Assembly: GCA_900617105.1 (NCBI GenBank)
Contig: UYFQ01000546.1
Coordinates: 45,143 to 65,142 of the forward strand
Reading direction: 5' to 3'
Length of the DNA: 20,000 nucleotides
From: Hydrurus foetidus
Lineage: Eukaryota
Part shown: positions 11,017 through 20,000 of the stretch, piece by piece
Numbering within the stretch: the first letter of the stretch is position 1
Layout of the letters: the number at the start of each line of letters is the position of its first letter
Made by a program: the position numbers and the translations under genes
The notes under the pieces: model-generated
Database searches by the model: none
Seen by the model: only the letters and a program-made list of their open reading frames with translations
What the model was told of the DNA's origin: nothing

Positions 11017-14000
11017 TCACACCGGTATATCTTCGCCACGCAGGTTGTGCGGAACCAGCGCCTTCAGTCCGGCGCTCTTGAGGTAGGTGTGTAGCTGGTC
11101 CGTGAGTCTCAGAGCACTCCATGGCTCCCATGAGTTGTGTTCCTCGCTGTAATTAAGCCACTTGACGAGGAAGGTCAACGTGGAGACCTTCCTGGTGTTG
11201 CCCTTGTGGGCTGTGATCGCCTCGATATAGAATTCCATATAGTCGCGTCGGGCTGAGTCCATGGGTTCGATCCTCGCTGGATCGAATAGGAATATCTTGA
11301 GCTTTGAAGCGTGGATTCTTTTAGTTTTCTTAGAGACGATGTTCAGGAGTACATACTCCGAATCGCGATGGGAAATCACCTCCATCGGACCTTGCCAGCG
11401 TGTGTGTAGTCGCGTAGGGGGACCTGTAGCGTACTGCGCCAGTACGTACGAACCGACGGGGAAAACGGTTGGATCCGGCTGATCCGTTAAGCGCTGTGCC
11501 GCGTGTTCCTGCGCCATTTCTTGGACTGTCCTGTGCGTCGTATCCTGAGCGTTAATCATGTCAGCCATGATGCGTGAGCCCGGAGTCTTAGTTGGAAGGG
11601 CCGGTTGAAAGGGCGTGAGGATGCCTCTGTTCAGATCCAAGCGGTTGCCGAAGAGCAGGTTACCCGGTGACACTCCCGTGGAGCCATGAACTGAGCTGTT
11701 CATGATCCGTTGGACAAAGGGGAGGCAAAGCTTGTATTGGTCCATCTCGAGTGTCTCGAACACAAACGAGCGCAAGTGGCGGTTAACCTCCTTGTTGACC
11801 CGCTCCACGATGGAGTTCTCCTCCTTCGAATAGGCTAGTGTGAGGTTGTGCGGTGTTCCAACCGCCAAGAGAAATTTCTCAATGAGTTCGTTGGCGAAGT
11901 GTGGTCCGCGATCGGAGCGTATCAGGTTGGGAGAACCGAAACGACCGAAGTGTTCCAAGAGACAGCGGCATGCCGACTCTGCCGTGCTGTCCTTGCAGTG
12001 GAACAGCTCTGTCCATCTTGAAAATGAGTCCACTATGACTAGCACGTGTGTGCCGTCGGGGAATGGACCGATGAAGTCGATGTTGAGGACATCGAATAGT
12101 ACCTCGCCTGCCGTCGTGAACTTATGTACGTTGATGGGGATGCGTACCGCACTCATCTTCTGGCAGCACGGACAGTACCGTACGAACAACCGGACGTGGT
12201 TGCGCATGTACGGCCAAGAACGGCCCATGAGGCCTAGCTTATGCATCGTTCGGTCTACGCCGCCATGACCGACGCGGAAGTTGTGGGCCTGTTCCATCCA
12301 CTCCTGTTCTTCTTCCGAAGCTAATGGGCATGTTGTCAGTGCTGCTACTATAAAACCTGGGGCGTCCATGACCCTAGGGGTGTAATCCATGGCGAGTTCC
12401 ATAAGGTTGGGACACAGGCGTGACAGTGTGTCAGCCCATTTGTTCTGGGAGCCTGGCACGAAGTGAATCTTGAAGTCGACTTCCTGCATCGCTATGGACC
12501 AGCGGGTGACCATCGAGTTGGGGTTGTTGGTCATATACGTCAGATTCAGGTGATCTGTGTGTATAGTGAACACCCGGTCGCGGAGGAGAGTGTCCATCTG
12601 CTGGCAGCAATGGAAGATTGCGTATGCCTCCTTCTGTATCGTTGACCAACGAGATTGTGTGGCGTTGAAAGACTTGCTGACGAAGGATATCGGTCGCCAA
12701 ATGTCGTCAACGATCTGGAATAGTACGCCGCCTATACCGTAGTCGGAGGCGTCCGTATACAGCCGTATGGGTGCGTCACTGTCTTCCAGGAAATGCATCA
12801 GCGGGCAATGCGATATAGCCATACGGATAGCTTGGAACGCGTCGGAGTTTCCCTGTGTCCACACCAGTGGTGAGTTCTTCTTGCCCTTGTGGTCAATCAT
12901 ATCTTGAAGTGGCTTCACTATGAGGGAGTGATTTGGTACAAATCCCCGGAAATAGTTCGCCAGTCCCAATAGGGATCTTAGGGCGTGAGGGTTCCGCGGT
13001 TTCTCAAAGTTGAGTACTGATTTAATCTTGACCATGGACATAGACAGTCCCTCTTTAGAGATGACTCGCCCGACATACTCTATTTGGGGCAGGCCAAATT
13101 TGCATTTCTTAGCCTTTAGAAGAAGGCCGCGCTCTCGGAAGCGTTGGAATACCTCCTTCAGTCTGGTTAGGAACTGATCTTCATCTGATGCATACACTAT
13201 GCAGTCGTCCAAGTACATCTCGCAGGAGACGTACAGTAAGCCTTGAAGGACTTTGGTGACCATTTGCTCCTGGAAGTAGGAGGGGGCCCGTTTAGGTCCA
13301 AACGGTAGCCGGGTAAATTGGTACAGGCCGCAGAAGCACAGGAATGCCGTGAACACCCGGTGCGGTGGGTATAGTGGGGCCTGATGATATCCCGCCGTCA
13401 GGTCCATGACTCCAAACACCGTCGGTTTGTTGTGTCCAATTCTTTCGAAGAGCCCGCGGATGTTGGGGAGGGGCCAGCTGGCGGGCTTGATGCAATCGTT
13501 GAGGTTCCTGTAATCGATGCAAACCCGCACTTTGTCTTCTGTCTTCTGTACAATCACTGGGTGACTGTAATAAGATGCGTTTGATTTCTCAATAACGCCA
13601 TCTGCAAGCATCGTCTTGATAGCTTTCTCTATCTCGATGTTGTTCTTGACCGACTGGGGTCGGCATGGGGTCCTGTTCCCTGGGGTCTCCCACAGAGGTT
13701 CCTCCACATTAAACCGGAACGGGGTTAAGTCCGCGGCTCTTTCCGCAAGTACATCGCTGAAGATGTCTCGGTATTCCATGACAAGATCTTTTAATCTGTG
13801 TACTTGGGTCTCACTACCCGCGAACACAAATTGCTCTAAGAAAGCTTTGGTGTCGTCCTCCCCTCTATGAAGGTCCTTGTTGTCGCTGAAGAAAGCACCG
13901 AAAGTGTCGACTTTCTCATTATCAATCTCATCAACGGAGACTATGATACCACTGGGCTTAACGCAGACAGGGTGGAGAATATCTTCGCTTGTTATAAGTG

Positions 14001-14853
14001 GTGTGTGCGAAGGGGTGTGAGGGAGGTCAACACCCGGACGCGGTGTATCGTCCGTACGTACAGCCAAGGCAGCAACTACGTTGCCTGGAAGCTGACGACC
14101 CTCGTTGCCACGAGCCGGGCGGTTAGCAAGACCGTTGTGGGCTGCACACTTACAATCTGGCGAGCATATAGTCTGCTGAGTGTCGGTGACGGGTACCAAA
14201 GATGCGACGACATGGTCTATGGTAGATGTTGGGGGACCATACTTAGCCTTCATCTTCTCCGCGAGTTTCGCTCTCTCCTTTGCTGCTTTCTTGCGCTGTG
14301 AGGGGTTCAATTTCTCAGGAGTACGTGCTGGCAACGTCTCCGTTTCAGCGACAGCTGGTGTCGAAGCAATCACCTTAAAGGAAAGCGGTTTCGCCTTGGC
14401 CGTCTTACGGGAGTAATCCTTAGGGGGCTTATCCGGTTTAGCCGAGACGGGCTTTTTAGCTGCCAAAGGTGGCGGTTGTGGTGCGGACGGTGCTTTGAAA
14501 CCCAAAGCGGATGGTGTCAAAATGTTAAAATTATTTAGCGCTAGGGTTGTCCGACCCACAATTAAATCGATTTCTTGGTCTGGGTTAACGTTAACCGTAA
14601 AGTATACCGTGTGTATAATATCGTCGTGTGATTGAAAAATGATTCCTATGTCTACAACATTGACACTCAGGTAGCAGGTGCGATCCAGGCCACTGCATAC
14701 AGTCATGGGAACAGGTGAGGTGTAAATGTACTGCAGTGCATTCATTCTGACTAAGCAGTCACGCGAAATGAAATTCCCCGGAAAGCTTCCTGTGTCCAGC
14801 AGCGCATCCCCTCGACTTGTTTCGAATGTCCCATTACCGCGTCCTGCGTGTCT
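11017..14853 (-). CDS. pol: Gypsy 1 Pol polyprotein: protease, RT, RNase H, integrase, chromodomain
   Basis: Frame open from 14853: LLDTGS (DTG 14796-14788); RVCIDYRNLN, MDLTAGYHQ, LPFG, YLDD (13215-13204); TDASDYGIGG, KEAYAI, TDHLNL; integrase H..H..CPCC, IDFIGP, SDRGPHF, NSIVERVN, WQGPM; chromodomain FYIEAITAH..FLVKWLNYSEEHNSWEPW (about 11232-11077). Confidence 0.96.
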   Translation of the reverse strand, partial: RHAGRGNGTFETSRGDALLDTGSFPGNFISRDCLVRMNALQYIYTSPVPMTVCSGLDRTCYLSVNVVDIGIIFQSHDDIIHTVYFTVNVNPDQEIDLIVGRTTLALNNFNILTPSALGFKAPSAPQPPPLAAKKPVSAKPDKPPKDYSRKTAKAKPLSFKVIASTPAVAETETLPARTPEKLNPSQRKKAAKERAKLAEKMKAKYGPPTSTIDHVVASLVPVTDTQQTICSPDCKCAAHNGLANRPARGNEGRQLPGNVVAALAVRTDDTPRPGVDLPHTPSHTPLITSEDILHPVCVKPSGIIVSVDEIDNEKVDTFGAFFSDNKDLHRGEDDTKAFLEQFVFAGSETQVHRLKDLVMEYRDIFSDVLAERAADLTPFRFNVEEPLWETPGNRTPCRPQSVKNNIEIEKAIKTMLADGVIEKSNASYYSHPVIVQKTEDKVRVCIDYRNLNDCIKPASWPLPNIRGLFERIGHNKPTVFGVMDLTAGYHQAPLYPPHRVFTAFLCFCGLYQFTRLPFGPKRAPSYFQEQMVTKVLQGLLYVSCEMYLDDCIVYASDEDQFLTRLKEVFQRFRERGLLLKAKKCKFGLPQIEYVGRVISKEGLSMSMVKIKSVLNFEKPRNPHALRSLLGLANYFRGFVPNHSLIVKPLQDMIDHKGKKNSPLVWTQGNSDAFQAIRMAISHCPLMHFLEDSDAPIRLYTDASDYGIGGVLFQIVDDIWRPISFVSKSFNATQSRWSTIQKEAYAIFHCCQQMDTLLRDRVFTIHTDHLNLTYMTNNPNSMVTRWSIAMQEVDFKIHFVPGSQNKWADTLSRLCPNLMELAMDYTPRVMDAPGFIVAALTTCPLASEEEQEWMEQAHNFRVGHGGVDRTMHKLGLMGRSWPYMRNHVRLFVRYCPCCQKMSAVRIPINVHKFTTAGEVLFDVLNIDFIGPFPDGTHVLVIVDSFSRWTELFHCKDSTAESACRCLLEHFGRFGSPNLIRSDRGPHFANELIEKFLLAVGTPHNLTLAYSKEENSIVERVNKEVNRHLRSFVFETLEMDQYKLCLPFVQRIMNSSVHGSTGVSPGNLLFGNRLDLNRGILTPFQPALPTKTPGSRIMADMINAQDTTHRTVQEMAQEHAAQRLTDQPDPTVFPVGSYVLAQYATGPPTRLHTRWQGPMEVISHRDSEYVLLNIVSKKTKRIHASKLKIFLFDPARIEPMDSARRDYMEFYIEAITAHKGNTRKVSTLTFLVKWLNYSEEHNSWEPWSALRLTDQLHTYLKSAGLKALVPHNLRGEDIPV

Positions 14854-15687
14854 TTACGCTGTACAGCAAAGATATTACAAGACAAGTAATCAGTCGGGTT
14901 AGTCGAGATGGGCGGTTGCACATCCGAGGGTACAAGGTCCGTACGTACGGGGATGGGTAAGACAACTGAAAGTGCAGGTAACGCAGTAAGCGGCTGTATG
15001 GCAGCAACAATGTCAGATGCAGGCGCGAGTGCATGGACAGAGTCTACAGCAGCTAGAGACTTACTTCCTTTGTTGGATCTTGGTTGGGAACTGCTCCTAG
15101 GCTGGGAGCTGCCCCTGGCCCTGTTGTGGCGTGACCCCTGTCCGCCGCCCTTCTTGTTGTCGTACTTACGACTGTCTCGGCGGTCATCGTCTCTGTCACG
15201 ACTGCGTTCGCGGTTGGAAGAACGGCCACGGTCTGCGCGTCGCTCGCGTGCTTTGCGTTCGTTCAGATCGCGGTCGTCTCTCTCCCGCTCCTGCAGCGTG
15301 CGTCGGTCTCGCGCGGGACGGTCGTCCTCAGACTCACTGTTGTAACGGACTCGCTTGGATGTATCCGCATCCTCTGAGGACTCCTCCGCGCGTTTCTTCC
15401 GACGAAGTTCCCATCCTGGTAGATACAGGTGCTCTACGAAGGTGTCATGACCCTCAGCCATCCATGCCTTTCCCATCGCAGACTCTCCCCATAACACGTG
15501 GTACTGGTTGTTCGTGTCATGAAGGCCTTTGAAGGGGCAGTCCGCAACCCGGTGTGTTGTGAAACCGCAGCACTGGCATTCAGTCGGATCCGCGCTGTAC
15601 GCTCGGCGCTCGCTCCTTTGTTGCACTAGGTTCGACGTCGAACGAGAGGAGGCTGACGCAGCGGATTTACTGGGACCAGACCATCCT
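14751..15687 (-). CDS. gag: Gypsy 1 Gag C-terminal part (CCHC zinc knuckle, R/D/S-rich tail); 5'-interrupted
   Basis: CQCCGFTTHRVADC = C-x2-C-x4-H-x4-C at 15578-15537. The frame is open up to the insertion point at 15687. Confidence 0.88.
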
Positions 15688-16039
15688 TGTTATAGTCTCC
15701 ACTATATATATTACTCACTCGTACGTACAGCCACATTGAACTTTGCTTGTAACCACTAGTTTTCGAACCAGTTTTCAATTTCTGATTGTTCTACAACTTC
15801 AAGTTGCAGTGTGCTCGTTTAGCGCTAATCTCGCACTCCTTTCACACCTTAATTAACTACCGTTATTAAACCACCCAAACCGACTTTGACTCAATTGAGT
15901 CAGCCAATCTCCTTGATCAGTCCCATTTGACTGACAAGCCAACCTGTTGTGCCCATTTGCCCAACTTGAAATTCAAAGCTTCGTCTTCAGCCAGTTGCTG
16001 AAACCGTGACACAGCATAAATATATATTTCTAGTTTACA
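15688..16039 (+). repeat. Putative 5' LTR of Gypsy 2 (3' boundary uncertain)
   Basis: Starts TG; TATA-like TATATATA near 15703; ATAAA near 16016; candidate end ..CTAGTTTACA at 16039. No second copy in the window to confirm. Confidence 0.55.
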
Positions 16040-16104
16040 CGAGACGAGACAACGTCTAAGTCTCAGTTGATTCTTTCCTTTCCGCCAGCAAGCAGTGATC
16101 GCCC

Positions 16105-16115
16105 TGGCTCCGCGA
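16105..16115 (+). promoter_or_regulatory. Candidate primer-binding site, tRNA-Asp-like
   Basis: TGGCTCCGCGA is complementary to ..UCGCGGAGCCA, the 3' end of yeast tRNA-Asp as recalled; host tRNA unknown and spacing from LTR atypical. Confidence 0.4.
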
Positions 16116-16210
16116 GATTTAGAATCTCTGAGGTAAATTGAATTCCTTAGGAGAGCTGAATTGAAAAGTCTTTGCAAATCGACCACATCTACAGCTGCTA
16201 TCCTTCAACA

Positions 16211-17896
16211 ATGTCCGAAGGACAAGGAATCCCAAAGAAAGATCCAGAGGATGAGCCTTCGGATGATCCTATCTTGGAGCTCAAGGAAATGTTCCATCAG
16301 TTCCTAGCTACAAGTAGCGAAATCCAATTTCGCCATCGCACCGATATCCGCGAACTCAAAGACGCAATCCTGGAAATCAAGAAATCGAACTTGAAATCTC
16401 CACTACGTGATGAGTTCATCGATACTCCACTTCCTGATCGCAATCGCGGGAGAAGATCATCGATGTTCTTCGGCATGCCGCACTACCAACCGAACAATCT
16501 GGAATCACTTCCAGACAACACTGATAGACCAGACATGCCGACCAAACCAAACATCCAAGTCCTCCAAGCTGACATCGTTTACGACAAGGAACTCAAGATC
16601 AGTTCTCTAGAAGGCCTCCAGTACCTTTCTCGCCAACTTCAATTGCTTTCCTCCAAATATCCAGGACGTGAAATCAAAATGGCCCACATGGTTTCATACA
16701 ATCTACGCCCTCACGTATTGGCATCATGGAACTCACACCAGTATCGAGAGTCAGTTATCACTGGCGCCGAACCAAACGAGGTCATGGTAGAAGATTGGTT
16801 ATCTTTAACCAACTCCGAGGTTCAAGCTATCCTCGTGGAAGCTGCACGACCTCGAACAAAAGAATTGTACTCCAAGGAACTTATATTGTTTCTTGGCAAA
16901 GGAATACCACAGACACCATCAATCAGCACCGACAACTTCTCTAGCACCTTCTATGCCCCTCTAATGAAGTCGCTCACTGACTTGCTCCATCTGCATGATC
17001 TGATGTCTGAAGAAACCTCAAATCACAGCGCCAACAAATCCAAGATGCCAGTACCTGGTTACGGCACAAGAGACAGCCCTGGCCAAATCGCTTTGTGGCT
17101 CATCTCCCTTGGTGCTCAGAAAGACTCCATCTTGCAATGGCTCAGCAAGGACGAGCTCATTAAGCAGAAGTCTGTAGAACAAGCAGTCAAGTTTGTTAGG
17201 GCTCGACTAATGGAAGGTCGTGCTCAAAGCGAAGCACGACAGGACTTGGACGCCAGGCTCACTCCTATTCGCTACGAAGATCTGAGATACACTCAAGGCG
17301 AATCTCATACCCGACATCAGGTGTCCAATACAGGTCGTCAGCCATTTGTCACTCCTCGCAAATACGATCAGCGTCCACAATCAAACTTCTCGTCGCTAGC
17401 AACGTCTGCTAACCCACTGTTCAATGCATCCGAGAATGCATGCAACGAAGAAGACCTCGAAGATGAAGATGACCTGATTCATGAAGTACATGAAGACAGA
17501 CCTCAGGATCGTGTCGACACACTAGACCCTGAGGATGAATCTCTTCTTGCGATCAATGTCGATCAGCATCGGTCCCGATCAGCTGTTTCCGCAACCTTCC
17601 GTGGATACTGCAGTGAAGCATTCGTCTACGGCAAATGCGCTCGCCAACATTCCGGCTGCACCTTCGATCACTCAACCGCCGGCCAGGAACGCTGTATTCA
17701 GTCTTTCTCGCTTCTCACCAAGCGTGAATTGCTACTGCACGGACAGCTAGAACCGTGGTCTTCACCCAAACAGGAACCGACAAGTGGAGTTAAAACGAGC
17801 AACTCACATGGATACAAACACTATGGACCCCCACAAGTGCCAGGAGCAGCACGACCTCCTCCATTGTCAACACCGACGCGCCCATATCAGAAATAG
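16211..17896 (+). CDS. gag: Gypsy 2 Gag-like protein (561 aa from ATG 16211) with CCCH zinc finger
   Basis: Uninterrupted ORF between LTR and protease; C-x8-C-x6-C-x3-H at 17609-17671. Assignment is positional. Confidence 0.8.
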   Translation: MSEGQGIPKKDPEDEPSDDPILELKEMFHQFLATSSEIQFRHRTDIRELKDAILEIKKSNLKSPLRDEFIDTPLPDRNRGRRSSMFFGMPHYQPNNLESLPDNTDRPDMPTKPNIQVLQADIVYDKELKISSLEGLQYLSRQLQLLSSKYPGREIKMAHMVSYNLRPHVLASWNSHQYRESVITGAEPNEVMVEDWLSLTNSEVQAILVEAARPRTKELYSKELILFLGKGIPQTPSISTDNFSSTFYAPLMKSLTDLLHLHDLMSEETSNHSANKSKMPVPGYGTRDSPGQIALWLISLGAQKDSILQWLSKDELIKQKSVEQAVKFVRARLMEGRAQSEARQDLDARLTPIRYEDLRYTQGESHTRHQVSNTGRQPFVTPRKYDQRPQSNFSSLATSANPLFNASENACNEEDLEDEDDLIHEVHEDRPQDRVDTLDPEDESLLAINVDQHRSRSAVSATFRGYCSEAFVYGKCARQHSGCTFDHSTAGQERCIQSFSLLTKRELLLHGQLEPWSSPKQEPTSGVKTSNSHGYKHYGPPQVPGAARPPPLSTPTRPYQK

Positions 17897-17914
17897 GGGT
17901 TCGCGAGGCCTTCC

Positions 17915-20000
17915 ATGGCTGAAATGCACACGGAAGATCACCTCGCCTCTCCCCAGATCAACAACACGCAAATGTCTTTGACCCCGACAACGTTATTACA
18001 GAAGCTTTACTCAACCAACTAGCATCTGCTACTTCAACACCCTCGCAGACACTTTGCCAACCATTTATTCGCTCTGGTATCATCATAACTGATAATGATC
18101 CAATCCTATTCGATCGCGGTCTACTTGATACAGGAGCTCAAGGAAGTAACTTTATCTCCCGTGACGTCTATAACCGCCTACCTTCAACTATCACTGACCT
18201 CAGTCGCTCCATTGATCGCATCGTCCGCCTAGGTGATGCACGCTCCCTATCGATTGAGCTCGAGGTTCCTCTTACTGTTGGTATACTAGATTCCGCCAAT
18301 AATAATCATCAACACTCCTTATGGTATAGTGTCCTTGACGTCCTCAGTCATGACATTATCATCGGTTTAGTTGACCTCATCGGCCCATTCTATGATCTGT
18401 TTGCAGACTCTGTAACAAAATCTCGCGAACTTTCGATAACAAATGATCTTGAAACACATTTGAGAGATCTTACAGTCGAAGTTCAAGTACTTCACAGTCA
18501 GTGCAATCTTAAGGATATTGAACGAGCAACTCGTTCTCTCCAACAACACAATGCTGCGTATCATCAGCGTAAAAACAAGATATGCGACAGTGTAAGCACT
18601 CGAATCCAGCTACTTGCTCTTCAGGATGGAACCATAATAGATATACTATCACATCCTCGTCTCGGCCACGTCTTCGCCGACAATCGTGTAGAGATTCGAT
18701 ATGATATCTTGAGTGCTCTTCTAAGCAATCCCGATCCTGGTGATATCATCAAACCTTGGTCTAAACCAATCGATTCTTTGGCACCAGAAGAGCTCAATAC
18801 TCCAGATCCAACCAGCTTTCCTGATGATATCCTCGCCTACCTTACCACAACTGTTAAGGAAGCTCGACTCATATACAATTCGATCTAGCTACCCACGTCA
18901 CTCCCCAAATGCAAGCTGCATGTCCAGCAATAATGGAATTACTCCAATCCGAACTTGCGTACGACGTATTTGTCCCAAGCACATGGAAAGGAATCGACAT
19001 GACTCCATGTCATCTTGATGTAAAGCCTGGCATGCCTGACTCACTTAGAGCTCGAGCCCGCCCAGTTCGACAAGCCTTGTATCAAGACGCCAAAACAGAG
19101 TTTGATAGAATGCGCACATACTTCTACGAACCATCGACATCCCCAATAGCATGCCCACTTGTCATTGCACCGAAAGCAACCGCTCCATTCATACGGCTCT
19201 GTGGTGACTATCGCCCCATCAATCCATACATCAGTATCCCGCAAGAACCCATACCCCATGTCCAACAATCTCTTGCGAAAGCTGCTGGCTGGAAAGTATT
19301 TGTCGATCTTGATATGACAAATTCTTTCCACCAAATTCCTATCGATGATTTCAGTTCTAACCTACTCTCAGTGTCCACACCCTGGGGCCTCTTTCGACCG
19401 AAATTTCTTCCTGAGGGTGTCGGACCTGCATCTGGTATACTTCAGTCTATCGTTCGTAGAATCTTTGCAGATTTTGACGACTGGATCATTGTTATCTTCG
19501 ACAACTTCTTAGTACTCGCCTCATGCTATCAAGATGCTCTTAATAAACTTAAGATAGTGCTACTCCGCTGTCAGAGCAATGGACTTGTTTTAAAATTAAA
19601 AAGTCTTGGATAGGCACTGATGTGGTTACCTTCTTTGGATACGAAGTTCATCCGGGATCTTGGCAACTCTCTGATGCAAGGAAAAGCGCCATCTCATCAA
19701 TGATATTCCCTACTACACAGAAGCAAATGCAAAGCTTCTTGGGAGCAGCTAACTTTTTCCATACACATATTCCCAACTTCGCCTCATGGGCGTCTGCCTT
19801 GTACGAGTGCACAGCCACTGGTTTTAACTGGGATCAGTCAACATGGATTAAAGACTACGAACATCTCTTCGAACTCTTTAAGATCGCTATAACTGACTCC
19901 GTCACATTGCACTTCCCTGATTACGCACTACCTTGGATCATACGATCCGACTCCTCCGACCATGCCGTAGGAGCCGTCCTGTTTCAAGAGTTCACCGACT
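17915..20000 (+). pseudogene. pol: Gypsy 2 Pol (protease, RT, start of RNase H), with 1-bp frame breaks near 17950, 18880 and 19600; 3'-partial
   Basis: GLLDTGAQGSNFISR (18118 on), DIIIGL; SPIACPLVIAPK, RLCGDYRPIN, DLDMTNSFHQ, TPWGLFRPKFLPEG, VIFDN; after frameshift KKSWIG..VTFFGYEV, MQSFLGAANFFHTHIPNFA, LHFPDY..WIIRSDSSDHAVGAVLFQ. Confidence 0.9.

Larger units (their letters stand above)
10504..15687 (-). mobile_element. Ty3/Gypsy LTR retrotransposon 1 (chromodomain-containing), 3' part; 5' part displaced by nested insertion
   Basis: Order gag(CCHC)-PR-RT-RH-IN-chromodomain-PPT-LTR on the minus strand. Confidence 0.96.
15688..20000 (+). mobile_element. Ty3/Gypsy LTR retrotransposon 2, 5' part, nested in gag of Gypsy 1 in opposite orientation
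   Basis: Abrupt switch from GC-rich gag to TGTTATAG at 15688, followed by a gag-like ORF, protease, RT and start of RNase H (PR-RT-RH order). Confidence 0.93.

Noticed and set aside
11261..15759. Multiple plus-strand ORFs antisense to Gypsy 1
   Set aside because: Expected shadow ORFs of GC-rich coding sequence.

Overview
Intron-rich eukaryotic DNA, probably a protist (inferred from gene architecture). The left half holds two convergent host genes: the last six exons of an AP-2 alpha-adaptin gene (+, ending 2879) and a complete Y-family DNA polymerase kappa gene (-, 8842..4279). The right half is a three-level nest of transposons starting about 190 bp upstream of the POLK start codon. A probable Tc2/pogo-like DNA transposon (from about 9036) is cut at 10504 by a minus-strand chromodomain-bearing Ty3/Gypsy element, whose gag is in turn cut at 15688 by a second, plus-strand Ty3/Gypsy element running off the window. 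The second Gypsy is the most unusual object: RT active-site motif IFDN instead of YxDD, a CCCH rather than CCHC zinc finger in Gag, a gag/pol junction that may be a single TAG, and a possible tRNA-Asp-type PBS. POLK exon 4 contains a 20-nt fold-back/duplication insert bounded by GT..AG whose removal restores the frame. All calls are by eye; no database searches were run.
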